Origin: Patescibacteria group bacterium UBA6241
GTDB lineage: Bacteria; Patescibacteriota; Minisyncoccia; Phycocordibacterales; Phycocordibacteraceae
Assembly (NCBI GenBank): GCA_002441425.1
Contig: DJWB01000001.1
Span: 298,712 to 362,711, forward strand
DNA length: 64,000 bases
Direction: 5' to 3'
The notes beneath the pieces are model-generated. The model ran no database searches, was not told the DNA's origin, and saw only the letters and a program-made list of their open reading frames with translations. Below, one piece after another: positions 49,348-58,631 of the stretch (within the stretch, counting starts at the first letter, position 1; each line of letters opens with the position of its first letter). The translations under genes were made by a program, and so were the position numbers.

Positions 49348-49456
49348 TCTTAGATCCCCCAGGAACAATTTTGACATCCTGGCACAACGCCAGGTTCCCT
49401 TAAACTATAACAAATATAGGGATATTGTCAATCTTAACTCTCTGTTGTGCAATGAA

Positions 49457-49482
49457 AAAGGACGGAGAGATTCCGTCCTTTA
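49457..49482 (-). terminator. Rho-independent terminator of the 49480..49830 gene
   Basis: AAAGGACGGA-gagatt-CCGTCCTTT with an A-run upstream on the plus strand, which is a U-tract on the minus strand. Confidence 0.55.
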
Positions 49483-49830
49483 GGCATAGCCGCTTGGGTC
49501 CTCGGGTCTCCCGAGATCGTCCCTGCGTATCTGCACTGGGCCTGTCTTCATTTGTCCCCTGAGGGTAAGCGAGTACTCCAGGTTCCCAGAGACACGTTCG
49601 CGGCAGGCAACCCACGTCTTGCGATTGAAGTCCTGAAGAACAAGCTGCACAGCAAGCTCAGTGGGTGTCTCAAACATATCCGCAAAGGCCGGGAGTATTC
49701 TCCGGAAAAGCGAGACAGGCTTGTGGATCCGTTTCAGATAGCGCTGCGTTCGCACCGCTTCCTGAATTTCTGAGACACTGCTCCAGGATTTCCCAGAGAG
49801 CGTGTCGTAGACTTCGTCAAATAAGGACAT
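49480..49830 (-). CDS. Hypothetical protein (116 aa)
   Basis: ORF at ~55% GC between trmD and the GC-rich membrane gene. No family recognised. Confidence 0.4.
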   Translation of the reverse strand: MSLFDEVYDTLSGKSWSSVSEIQEAVRTQRYLKRIHKPVSLFRRILPAFADMFETPTELAVQLVLQDFNRKTWVACRERVSGNLEYSLTLRGQMKTGPVQIRRDDLGRPEDPSGYA

Positions 49831-49877
49831 GGCGCCCCCCTTTCCGAGCCGATTAAACTATATAAAACGCTTTTTGA

Positions 49878-50534
49878 CTACTTCTTTCGTTTCGCTCTGA
49901 ATTCATCAATCTTGGCATGATTTCCTGTCTGTAGAACTTTAGGGACACGATAGTTCTTTCCTTCCCACTCAATATTCTCAGGACGTGTGTACACCGCAGG
50001 CGAAGCCACGCGTCTCTCCTCAACCGATTCGTCTTTCCCGAGTACTCCCGGAAGTCTACGAGTTATCGCATCAACCATCGCAAGCGCAGGAACTTCTCCT
50101 CCTGTGTACACTGCCTCACCTACGGCAAATGTCTTAACGGGTGCCATAGTCTTAAGCATCTTGAGCGCACGATCATCAATACCCTCATAACGCCCACAAA
50201 CAAATGCAACTTCGTCATAAGTGGCGAGCTGATCTGCATCTTTGTTCGTGAACTGTTTTCCAGAAGGACTGAACCAGACGATAAGCTTTGTTCCCTTTCT
50301 CCTCCCAAAGGCTTTCTTAACTGCCTTCACTACAGGGAGTGCCGTCATAACCATACCTGGACCTCCCCCGTACGGTCGCTCGTCAACTTTTCCCCATTTG
50401 TTTGTTACGAAATCTCTCGGGCTTTGATACGAGACGGAGATCTTTTTGTTTGTGCGTGCTCTGCCCAATATTGATGCAGAGAGATATGCATCACATGCTT
50501 CTGGGAAAAGTGTTATGAGATGAAATTTCAACAT
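49878..50534 (-). CDS. trmD: tRNA (guanine37-N1)-methyltransferase
   Basis: 'ITLFPE', 'DERPYGGGPGMVM', 'FVCGRYEGIDDR', 'TGGEVPALAMVDAITR', 'GNHAKIDEFR'. Confidence 0.9.
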   Translation of the reverse strand: MLKFHLITLFPEACDAYLSASILGRARTNKKISVSYQSPRDFVTNKWGKVDERPYGGGPGMVMTALPVVKAVKKAFGRRKGTKLIVWFSPSGKQFTNKDADQLATYDEVAFVCGRYEGIDDRALKMLKTMAPVKTFAVGEAVYTGGEVPALAMVDAITRRLPGVLGKDESVEERRVASPAVYTRPENIEWEGKNYRVPKVLQTGNHAKIDEFRAKRKK

Positions 50535-50561
50535 AAGCCAAAAAGCGGCAGAGATGCCGCT

Positions 50562-50867
50562 TTATTGTATGCCCTCAAGTGCGTCTTCAAGAGTTTTAGT
50601 ATCTTCTTGGAAGCGCTTTCCTCCTGAAGGCTCATTTATCTTTAAGTTCACGCGCGCGTTGTGCTTCATTCCTACCACACGCAATAGGGTGCGGAGTGCT
50701 TTAGCTATGTTGCCATCACGTCCAATTATCTTACCCATGTCCTCAGGAGCAACCGTGAGAGTAAGAAGTACTCCCATCTCGTCTACTGAACGGGTAATGA
50801 CTACTGCCTCCTGGTTATCAACCAGAGCTTTAATCGTGAAGTCTAGAAATGCGTGATCTTGTTCCAT
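50562..50867 (-). CDS. KH-domain RNA-binding protein (YlqC/UPF0109)
   Basis: 'KIIGRDGNIAKALRTLL' KH GXXG motif. Sits between rpsP and trmD. Confidence 0.75.
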   Translation of the reverse strand: MEQDHAFLDFTIKALVDNQEAVVITRSVDEMGVLLTLTVAPEDMGKIIGRDGNIAKALRTLLRVVGMKHNARVNLKINEPSGGKRFQEDTKTLEDALEGIQ

Positions 50868-50937
50868 AGGTCGTGTCGTTACTGAAATCGGAATATATGT
50901 GGAATGGTAATCAAGGCGCTCGTGCGCCTATACTGCA

Positions 50938-51399
50938 CTACGCAGCAACCTCTTCTTCCTTTGGCTCTTCTGGAGCCGCCTCTTCTACTGGAGTCTCCTC
51001 AGGAGTAGCTTCCTCTGCAGGTGCTTCTACAGCCTCAGCTGCTTTTGCAGCTTCAGCCTTTGCTGCCTCTTCTGCGGCTGCCTTTGCAGCTGCTTCTTCC
51101 TCAGCCTTCTTAGCTACGTTCTTCTCCAAGTTCTTCTTTGAGATAACAGCAACTTTCTCTCCTGAAAGAACACCGTTCTTGATAAGAAGGTTCTTTAGAG
51201 ATGGAGATACCTGAGCTCCCTTTGCAATCCATTCCTGGATGCGCTCTGCCTTGTAGGTAATCTGCTTAGTCTTTGGGTTGTAGGTACCCACAAGATCAAC
51301 GTACTTTCCGGCCTTAGGGCCAGCAGTCTTTTCAAGGACTGCCATACGGAAAGAGGCGTCGTTCTTACGACCAATGCGCTGGAATCGGATCATCAACAT
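50938..51399 (-). CDS. rpsP: 30S ribosomal protein S16 with Ala/Glu/Pro-rich C-terminal extension
   Basis: 'MLMIRFQRIGRKNDASFRMAV...GTYNP' is the S16 core. The ~60-aa AAKAEEAA... tail is low-complexity. Start assigned to the internal Met. Confidence 0.85.
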   Translation of the reverse strand: MLMIRFQRIGRKNDASFRMAVLEKTAGPKAGKYVDLVGTYNPKTKQITYKAERIQEWIAKGAQVSPSLKNLLIKNGVLSGEKVAVISKKNLEKNVAKKAEEEAAAKAAAEEAAKAEAAKAAEAVEAPAEEATPEETPVEEAAPEEPKEEEVAA

Positions 51400-51505
51400 A
51401 TGTAGGCGGAAGAGTACCAAAGGAATGCCTTGCCGTCAAAGAATTCCCTAATAGCTCAGTACCCTGCATAGCATAAACGTCTCAATCTGCTACAGTTCAG
51501 AGAAC

Positions 51506-53470
51506 ATGCCGATACAGAAAGACACTATCTACGAGGGCCCGATTACCATTATTAAGACCGGAAAGGGTTTCTTTTCATACGACCCAAACGAGGACGATCT
51601 CTTTATTCCTGGAGAGGGACTCGGAGGTGCCTTCCCTGGAGACACCGTTAAAGTTCAGTTTACAGGCTATGAGCTAGACCGCCGCACAGGCAAGAAGCGC
51701 CCTTCAGGACGCGTTGTTGAGGTTATAGAGCGCAACCGCGAGACCTTTGTTGGAAAGCTTTTTGAGAACAAGGAGGAGAACCTCACTATGCTCGCTCCAG
51801 ACTGGAAGAAGATGTACGTACCTTTTGTTGTTAAGGGAGAGTCGCTTCCTATTGGACATAAAGTTGTGATTCGCTTTAAGGGATGGAACAAGCATCAGCC
51901 ATACCCTTGGGGAGAACTTGAGGAGATTATCGGTCCTGCTGGAGAGCACGAGACTGAGATGCGCGCACTCGCCCTGTCTCAGGGATTCCGTTCTGACTTC
52001 CCGCCTGGCGTACAAAAGGAAGCACAGTATTTGGAAGAGCACGGCAAGCAGATGCTCAAGGATGGTGCCGATGAAGGTATCGCTGCCGGAACTCGCAAGG
52101 ATTTCCGTGATGTAACCACCTTCACCATTGACCCCTTTGACGCAAAGGATTTTGACGACGCACTCTCTGTACGCACGCTTCCAAATGGAAACGTAGAGGT
52201 AGGAGTCCACATTGCAGACGTCTCACACTTTGTACGTCCCGGTACTTCAATTGATCAGGAGGCTAGAAAGCGATCAACATCGGTATATCTCGTAGACCGC
52301 ACCATTCCGATGCTTCCTCATGTTCTCTCAACGAATCTCTGTTCCCTAAATCCAAACGAAGACCGTCTTGCAATGTCGGCCGTCTTTGAACTAGACCAGG
52401 AAGCTGGAATAGTTTCTCGTTGGTTTGGTCCCACGGTTATTCACTCAGACAAGCGCTTCACGTACGAAGATGCGCAATCTGTACTTGATCAGCAAGCAGG
52501 AGAATTACTTGAGGAGTTAAATATTCTCAAGGCGTACGCAGACAAGATTCGCGCACGCAGAACACGGAAAGGGGCTATTGCCTTTGATACTCCTGAGGTA
52601 AAGATTCTTCTTGATGAGACAGGTAAGCCAATAGAGATAGTGCTTAAGGAGCGTAGAGATACGAACCTTCTTATTGAGGACTTCATGCTTCTAGCAAATG
52701 AGGCAGTTGCGGAGTTTCTTACCTCTGAAATGAAGAAGGCGCATATTACGGGAGGGACTATATACCGTGTACATGATTCTCCAGACGCAGACCGTATAGA
52801 GAATCTCGCTCAGTTCCTTCAGGTTATGGGATACAACCTGCCTGTTGCTGCAGGAAAAGTTAAGGGAGACGATGTGAATACGCTTCTCAAGCAGGTTGAG
52901 GGAAAGCCAGAGGAATACCTCATTAAAATGGCGACACTTCGCTCTATGGCAAAGGCGGTGTACAGCACCAAGAACCTTGGACACTTTAGCCTTGCCTTTG
53001 AAGCCTACACGCACTTCACTTCCCCTATCCGCCGCTACCCCGATCTTCTTATTCACCGACTCGCCAAGCACTACACTATTAGCGCTGCATTTGGAAAGAA
53101 CGAGTACGCAGAGCTAGATCAGCTTGCTACACATGCTTCTGAGAGAGAAACTGCTGCTGTTGAGGCAGAGCGAGACTCTATAAAGATGAAGCAGGTTGAG
53201 TACATGAGCGAACACATTGGAGAAGAGTTTGCTGCAGTTATCTCAGGAGTTTCTGACAGAGGTATCTTTGTTGAACTCACAGAGAGCCGTGCTGAAGGTA
53301 TGATTCGCATTCGTGACCTTGGAGACGACTACTTCGTATATGACGAAAAGAGATATCGTATTGTTGGCGAGAAGACACAAACCGTATACGCACTTGGCGA
53401 CCCGGTTCGTGTAAAGCTGCTTGCGGCACGACTCGCTGAACGGGAACTAGATTTTGCACTCGTTGTCTAG
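51506..53470 (+). CDS. rnr: Ribonuclease R (RNB-family exoribonuclease with S1 domain)
   Basis: RNB catalytic motifs ('DAKDFDDALS', 'YRVHDSP', 'FTSPIRRYPDLLIHR') and C-terminal S1 ('GMIRIRDLGDDYF'). Confidence 0.9.
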   Translation: MPIQKDTIYEGPITIIKTGKGFFSYDPNEDDLFIPGEGLGGAFPGDTVKVQFTGYELDRRTGKKRPSGRVVEVIERNRETFVGKLFENKEENLTMLAPDWKKMYVPFVVKGESLPIGHKVVIRFKGWNKHQPYPWGELEEIIGPAGEHETEMRALALSQGFRSDFPPGVQKEAQYLEEHGKQMLKDGADEGIAAGTRKDFRDVTTFTIDPFDAKDFDDALSVRTLPNGNVEVGVHIADVSHFVRPGTSIDQEARKRSTSVYLVDRTIPMLPHVLSTNLCSLNPNEDRLAMSAVFELDQEAGIVSRWFGPTVIHSDKRFTYEDAQSVLDQQAGELLEELNILKAYADKIRARRTRKGAIAFDTPEVKILLDETGKPIEIVLKERRDTNLLIEDFMLLANEAVAEFLTSEMKKAHITGGTIYRVHDSPDADRIENLAQFLQVMGYNLPVAAGKVKGDDVNTLLKQVEGKPEEYLIKMATLRSMAKAVYSTKNLGHFSLAFEAYTHFTSPIRRYPDLLIHRLAKHYTISAAFGKNEYAELDQLATHASERETAAVEAERDSIKMKQVEYMSEHIGEEFAAVISGVSDRGIFVELTESRAEGMIRIRDLGDDYFVYDEKRYRIVGEKTQTVYALGDPVRVKLLAARLAERELDFALVV

Positions 53471-53525
53471 CAAAAGCCCAAGGAAACCCTTGGGCTTTTT
53501 GCTTATACTCTGGAGTAATCCCCTG

Positions 53526-53780
53526 CTAATTTATATTCTTCCGTATCCACCACCTCTTAATAGCAGGAATTGTAAGTGTTGAAAGAAGAAATCCTAAAGT
53601 TGGAATGATAGCTCCAAGATAGAAATCGGACACACCAATCACGTAGAGAGCTAAAGACGCAACTATATAAGTAATTGCCGAGACTAAAAGCTTTCTAAAA
53701 AGACTGGTCTCCCAAGCTTTGTCCGCTTCTACGCGAGCATTCCTTTCCTGTATTGCTTCAAGTTCCTTTTCAAAATCCAT
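53526..53780 (-). CDS. Small membrane protein (84 aa)
   Basis: Two TM helices. Start and stop are coupled with gdhA. Confidence 0.4.
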   Translation of the reverse strand: MDFEKELEAIQERNARVEADKAWETSLFRKLLVSAITYIVASLALYVIGVSDFYLGAIIPTLGFLLSTLTIPAIKRWWIRKNIN

Positions 53781-53789
53781 ACCAGCTTC

Positions 53790-55037
53790 CTAAAGCAGCC
53801 CTCTCCCTCGCATCGCCTCTGCAATCCGTTCCAGTGCAACTGCGTATGACGCGTCTCTGAGAGAAATGCCTCGCTCAGCAGCAAAGTCTGCAACACTCTT
53901 ATATGCCTTTCGCATTGTTGTCTGCATTCCCTCCCGCACAATATCAGCGCTCCAGTAATATCCAGAACGATTCTGCACCCATTCAAAATATGAGACGGTA
54001 ACCCCGCCAGCGTTCGCAAGCACGTCCGGAATAACCACCACACCTTGTGCCGCAAGTGCTGCGTCTGCTTCTGGTGTTATAGGTCCGTTAGCTACTTCAA
54101 GAATAATGCCCGCCTGTATGCTTTCAACATTCTCTTTAGTTATTTGCTCTTCAAGCGCAGCAGGTACCAAGACATCAGCAGCAACAGACAATACTTCTTC
54201 AACAGTTCCTACCGTTACACCCTCCATGTGCGCTCCTGCATCAGGTATGTGATTCCCTGCCTCTTTAAAGGCAAGCACTTTATCCATATCAAGTCCGTCT
54301 ACTGAGGAAAGCGTCCCTTTGCTGTCTGCGATTGAAACAACGCTCATACCCATTGAGTACAGGAGATGCGCAGCCTGCCCGCCAGCGTTCCCTGCTCCTT
54401 GAACTGCTGCTGTGAGAACATCTGCCTCCAGGTGTCTGTCTTCAAGAAGTGCCTTCAGTACTTCTACTGCGCCATCTGCAGTTGCAGTGTCTCTTCCCAA
54501 AGAACCTCCCAGAGAAAGAGGCTTGCCAGTAATCATTGCTGGCTGGCTCTTGCCCGTAATACGCTCATACTCGTCTAGCATCACTCCCATAATCTCTGAG
54601 TTGGTATACACATCAGGAGCAGGAATATCTTGATCAGGACCAATGTGATCAGAGAATGCCTTTACATATTCACGCGCTAGCAAGTGAAGATCCTTTTGAG
54701 AAAGTTTCTTTGGATCAACTGCAACACCTCCCTTTGCTCCTCCAAGCGGGATACCCACAACCGCACACTTAATTGCCATCATGGCAGCGAGCGCTGACAC
54801 TTCGTCTTCATCCGCCTCAGGATGAAAGCGAATGCCTCCCTTGTAGGGTCCTCTCGCATTATTAAACTGCACGCGATATGCGGGGAATGTTCCTGTACCT
54901 CCCGCCTCAAGCGGGATAGTAAGTTCTGCTCGCAATACCCGATTAGGGGTCATGAGCTTTTTCTGAACTTCCTCCGAGAACCCAAGAAGCGTACTTGCTT
55001 TGCCTACGTTCTGTTTAAAGTATTCAAATGCTGCCAT
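53790..55037 (-). CDS. gdhA: Glutamate dehydrogenase (Glu/Leu/Phe/Val dehydrogenase family)
   Basis: 'KGGIRFHP' lysine motif and the NAD(P)-binding 'GAGNAGG'. Confidence 0.85.
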   Translation of the reverse strand: MAAFEYFKQNVGKASTLLGFSEEVQKKLMTPNRVLRAELTIPLEAGGTGTFPAYRVQFNNARGPYKGGIRFHPEADEDEVSALAAMMAIKCAVVGIPLGGAKGGVAVDPKKLSQKDLHLLAREYVKAFSDHIGPDQDIPAPDVYTNSEIMGVMLDEYERITGKSQPAMITGKPLSLGGSLGRDTATADGAVEVLKALLEDRHLEADVLTAAVQGAGNAGGQAAHLLYSMGMSVVSIADSKGTLSSVDGLDMDKVLAFKEAGNHIPDAGAHMEGVTVGTVEEVLSVAADVLVPAALEEQITKENVESIQAGIILEVANGPITPEADAALAAQGVVVIPDVLANAGGVTVSYFEWVQNRSGYYWSADIVREGMQTTMRKAYKSVADFAAERGISLRDASYAVALERIAEAMRGRGLL

Positions 55038-55098
55038 AGATATTTGGATTAGTACCTAAAGCATACGCCTCAAATTGCAGGCGTCCATGTGGAGAAGA

Positions 55099-57315
55099 TT
55101 ACTTCGCAACTGCCTGTGCCTCCTCAAATTTAACTGAAAGAAGCTTGGAAATACCGTCTGCACCCATAGTTACACCGTATAGGATGCTTGCCCTGCTCAT
55201 GGTTTCTCTATTGTGTGTAATAACAATGAGCTGAGACTTATGAGAGAGATTCTCAATCATGTCCCCGTACCTGCGGCTATTAGCCTCGTCCAGCGCCGCA
55301 TCAGTCTCGTCCAGAATAAGGAACGGAGGCGGGTTCACCTGACTCATAGCAAAGATAAGTGCAATTGATGTAAGTGCTCGCTCTCCTCCTGAAAGCTGCA
55401 TCAAAGACTGCACGCGCTTCTTTGGCAGATGCACTGAGATTTCAATACCTGGTTTCTGGTTTGGCTTTCGCTTCACCTCTGTCTCGTACTCATCCTCCTC
55501 GTCCTCGCTTCCAGGTTGCGCAAACTCTTCAAGCACGAGCTTTGCGCCTCCTCCTCCGAACATAAGTCCGAAGAACTCTCCAAAGGATGCGTTTACCTTT
55601 GCAAGCCCCTCTGCGAAGCTCTTCTGGAGTTCTCCATCAAGCTCTGCAATTAACGAACGAAGACCTGCAGCGGATGCGGCCAAGTCCTCAAGCTCTGTTG
55701 CAAGGAAGGACTCACGTTCTGTTGCCTCCTTGTATTCGCTGCGGACATCTTCTCCAGAGCCCCCTGCCTCTTCAACACGAATCTTAAGTCTCTCCATCGC
55801 GCGCTTGCGATCCTCCTGCACTCTGCGGTCTTCATGCGGAAGCTCAGATACAGCTTCATACGAAAGTGCATTCACACCCACAAGTGCAACTGCTTCCCTG
55901 CGATTCTGCTCAAGTTCTTCAGCGAGATAATCAAGTTGACCCAAATGTGCTGAGTGTCGTGCAAGCTCAGACTCAACCTTTGCTTTGCTCTCAGCCAAAT
56001 CTAGGAGACGGCGATTCTGCTCTCTCCCTGTTTCTTCATGCGCCATCATTCGCTCGCGTGCATTAGCAAGTTCTGAGCGTGCGCGTTCAGTTTCTTCCGT
56101 TAGCTCCGCATCCTTTCGCACCATGTCTTCTCGCTTCCCTTCAAGCTCCTTTGCCATGAGCTCCTCATCTGCCATGAAATCATCAGCGGGTCCCGCGTAT
56201 CGCTCAAAGAATGCAGCCATAGCGTTCCGCAAGCTCTGTATTGCGGCGTGAATTGCACCAGGCTCAGCGCCCTCAACAAGCGCTACTTGAGTATCTACCT
56301 CTTCCTTAAGAGCAGACAGATCCTCTCTCGGTATTTTTACGTACGGGTCTCTTGCAACCGCAACACTGCGCTTCTTTGCTTCGTTAAGTGCGCCTTCAAT
56401 ACGGCCCAAATCTCTCGCAAGTACTGAGCGCTCTGCAGTTATACGGTCTAGATTGCGCTCCGCCTGACGCACCGCTTCTGAGCGCTTCATTCCTTCGCTA
56501 TCTGTTGTTGCTCGCTCTTCAAACAAGGCAAGCTCTGCCTCAACTGCACGTAAGCGACCCGTTGCTTCTTGTGTTGCCGCTTCTGTTCTCTCCCGCTCAA
56601 TACGAATGTATGCCTCCTCAATTGCAAAATATGTTTGCGAAGCTGCTCTCAACTCCTTAGCTAGCTCCTCTGCTCGTTCAAGTTTTTCTACTTGCTTCTG
56701 CAGAAAACGAATATGTGGCGCAATCTCTCTGCGAAGAGCTTCTACCTGCGCAACATTCTCTTCAGTTCGCTCAAGTTTACGTTCTGCTTCTTGTTTCTTA
56801 AACTCAAATACTTTTAGACCAAGTGCATCCTCCAGCATCGCACGTCGCTCCCGCGGTTGCGCGGTTAGGATACGATCTGCCTCTCCTTGAGAAATAATAT
56901 GGTGTCCGGTCTCTCCAATGTTTGCTGATGCCAATAACTCCTGTACATCACGCAGACGCACCTTTGACCCATTAATTGCATATTCGCTGGCGCCATCTCT
57001 AAATACTGCACGTTCTATTGAAACTTCATCAAACTCAAGCTTTGGGAATATGCGCGCACGATTATCAAATACGATTGTTACCGCAGCGCGATTGGCACGA
57101 GGCGTTATGTTTGAACCAGACCAAATAAGATCCTCGCTGCGTTTTCCGCGCATTGATTTCATGGACTGCTCACCAAGTGCAAAACGGAACGCCTCTGCAA
57201 CGTTTGATTTTCCTGACCCGTTTGGTCCAACCACTGACGTTACAGAACTAGAAAAATCCAAGACCGTTTTCTTTGCAAACGATTTGAATCCCGCGATCTC
57301 TAGTCGCTTTAGCAT
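55099..57315 (-). CDS. SMC-like ATPase, short form without recognisable hinge
   Basis: SMC N-terminus 'LEIAGFKSFAKKTVLDF...GPNGSGKSNVAEAFRFALGEQS' and SMC C-terminus 'FFGLMFGGGGAKL', 'LSGGERALTSIALIFA', 'LILDETDAALD'. Only 738 aa, with a continuous coiled coil between the heads. Confidence 0.7.
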   Translation of the reverse strand: MLKRLEIAGFKSFAKKTVLDFSSSVTSVVGPNGSGKSNVAEAFRFALGEQSMKSMRGKRSEDLIWSGSNITPRANRAAVTIVFDNRARIFPKLEFDEVSIERAVFRDGASEYAINGSKVRLRDVQELLASANIGETGHHIISQGEADRILTAQPRERRAMLEDALGLKVFEFKKQEAERKLERTEENVAQVEALRREIAPHIRFLQKQVEKLERAEELAKELRAASQTYFAIEEAYIRIERERTEAATQEATGRLRAVEAELALFEERATTDSEGMKRSEAVRQAERNLDRITAERSVLARDLGRIEGALNEAKKRSVAVARDPYVKIPREDLSALKEEVDTQVALVEGAEPGAIHAAIQSLRNAMAAFFERYAGPADDFMADEELMAKELEGKREDMVRKDAELTEETERARSELANARERMMAHEETGREQNRRLLDLAESKAKVESELARHSAHLGQLDYLAEELEQNRREAVALVGVNALSYEAVSELPHEDRRVQEDRKRAMERLKIRVEEAGGSGEDVRSEYKEATERESFLATELEDLAASAAGLRSLIAELDGELQKSFAEGLAKVNASFGEFFGLMFGGGGAKLVLEEFAQPGSEDEEDEYETEVKRKPNQKPGIEISVHLPKKRVQSLMQLSGGERALTSIALIFAMSQVNPPPFLILDETDAALDEANSRRYGDMIENLSHKSQLIVITHNRETMSRASILYGVTMGADGISKLLSVKFEEAQAVAK

Positions 57316-57417
57316 TGTGATTTAGTATACCGTGCGATTGATTGAGAACGGAGCAGGATATGTAGAGAAAACCGCCCGCAGCCTGGATAGGCTGGGGCGA
57401 TTGAATTGCAACTTGGT

Positions 57418-57849
57418 TCAGGTGGAGTTTTGAAACCCACCCTGTCTGTCCACGCCAAGCCTGACGAGAAACCAGAGCAGAGCGCAGAGAACGAGCACCA
57501 GATCCAGCGTTCCGGCCATGAAGTATGCGTCTCCGAGCGACGCACGCGCAGCCATGAAGATCGTGGAGGACACGAGCGCCGTCACGAGGACTGAAATGCC
57601 GGCTCCAAGCAGGACGGGGCCGCGCTCCTCCAATGGCTTGAGGAATTCCCCGAGGACTCCGGTTCCGTACAGCAGGAACAAGAGCATGGTGGCCGGCATG
57701 GCCCACGCGATGATGAGCGACGCGTGCTCAGGCAGATTGCCTGCCATGTGCTGGATAAAGCCGAACTGGCCCGCACCCATCCCCAGAAAGAAGACAGCTC
57801 CGATGCAGAGCATCAGGAGCAACATTCCAAGAAACTTAACCGTATTCAT
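57418..57849 (-). CDS. Small polytopic membrane protein encoded in a ~63% GC island
   Basis: Start MNTVKFL with a perfect SD (GGAGGG-6nt-ATG). Four or five TM helices. Located between rnc and the smc-like gene. Confidence 0.55.
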   Translation of the reverse strand: MNTVKFLGMLLLMLCIGAVFFLGMGAGQFGFIQHMAGNLPEHASLIIAWAMPATMLLFLLYGTGVLGEFLKPLEERGPVLLGAGISVLVTALVSSTIFMAARASLGDAYFMAGTLDLVLVLCALLWFLVRLGVDRQGGFQNST

Positions 57850-57912
57850 CTTCTTCCCTCCAAGGGCACTCCACAGCGGAGTGGGATCAATCCACGTATA
57901 CAATACGCTACT

Positions 57913-58596
57913 TTATGACATTTTGTCAAGCGCTCCTTGCGCCGCAATCTGTTCTGCTTCTTGTTTGCTTGGACCTTCGCCTCGTGCAATTTCTTTGTCT
58001 CCCAAAAATACACCTATGGTAAATCGCTTGTCGTGGTCTGGACCCTCTTCTGCGAGCGTCTTGTATGTAGGAGTAATTCCCTTCTTCTCCTGAGCAACTT
58101 CCTGGAAGTGGCTCTTCGCATCCTGCCAGGTTCGCTTTGCTATAACCTCCTCAATCTTTGGATTCAGGTTCTTAGCTATGAATGCTTCTGCTGCTTCGTA
58201 TCCTTGATCCAAATAAATAGCGCCAAGAATTGCCTCAAACGCATTCGCAAGAATAATCTGGCGGGCTCTCCCCGTGTCCTTTCGCTCTCCTTTAGAGAGA
58301 AGGAGCATATCGTTAACACCAAGACGCTCTGCTTCTTCAGCCAGCGAATAGGTATTAACCAGCGCCGCTCTGTACGCAGTTAACTCTCCCTCAGGCTTGT
58401 GTGGGAAGCGGGTGTACAGGAAATGAGTAACTGCAAGCTCAAGGACAGCGTCTCCGAGAAACTCCAGACGCTCGTTATGATTCCCGGCAGTACGGTGCTC
58501 GTTTAGGTAGGACCTATGCGTAAGAGCCTCAATCAATAGATCAAGGTTCTTAAACTGGACTCCGAGGAGTGCTGCATGTGCGGCAAAATCAGACAT
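57913..58596 (-). CDS. rnc: Ribonuclease III
   Basis: 'ERLEFLGDAVLELAVT' signature and a C-terminal dsRBD. Confidence 0.9.
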   Translation of the reverse strand: MSDFAAHAALLGVQFKNLDLLIEALTHRSYLNEHRTAGNHNERLEFLGDAVLELAVTHFLYTRFPHKPEGELTAYRAALVNTYSLAEEAERLGVNDMLLLSKGERKDTGRARQIILANAFEAILGAIYLDQGYEAAEAFIAKNLNPKIEEVIAKRTWQDAKSHFQEVAQEKKGITPTYKTLAEEGPDHDKRFTIGVFLGDKEIARGEGPSKQEAEQIAAQGALDKMS

Positions 58597-58631
58597 AAGT
58601 CCGTTATACCAGAAAAGTGCGTAATAGGAAC

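Noticed and set aside
48695-49387. 230-aa Arg/His/Gly-rich ORF and the overlapping plus-strand 179-aa ORF (48802..49341) in the GC-rich island
   Set aside because: High GC leaves all frames open. Only the hydrophobic frame (48808..49347) has protein-like composition. These alternative frames read as low-complexity Arg/His/Pro strings.
49364-49440. TTGACA-like and TGGCAC-like (sigma-54 -24) hexamers upstream of the GC-island membrane gene
   Set aside because: They are on the wrong strand or at the wrong spacing relative to the minus-strand gene. No matching -12 TTGC element is at the correct distance.
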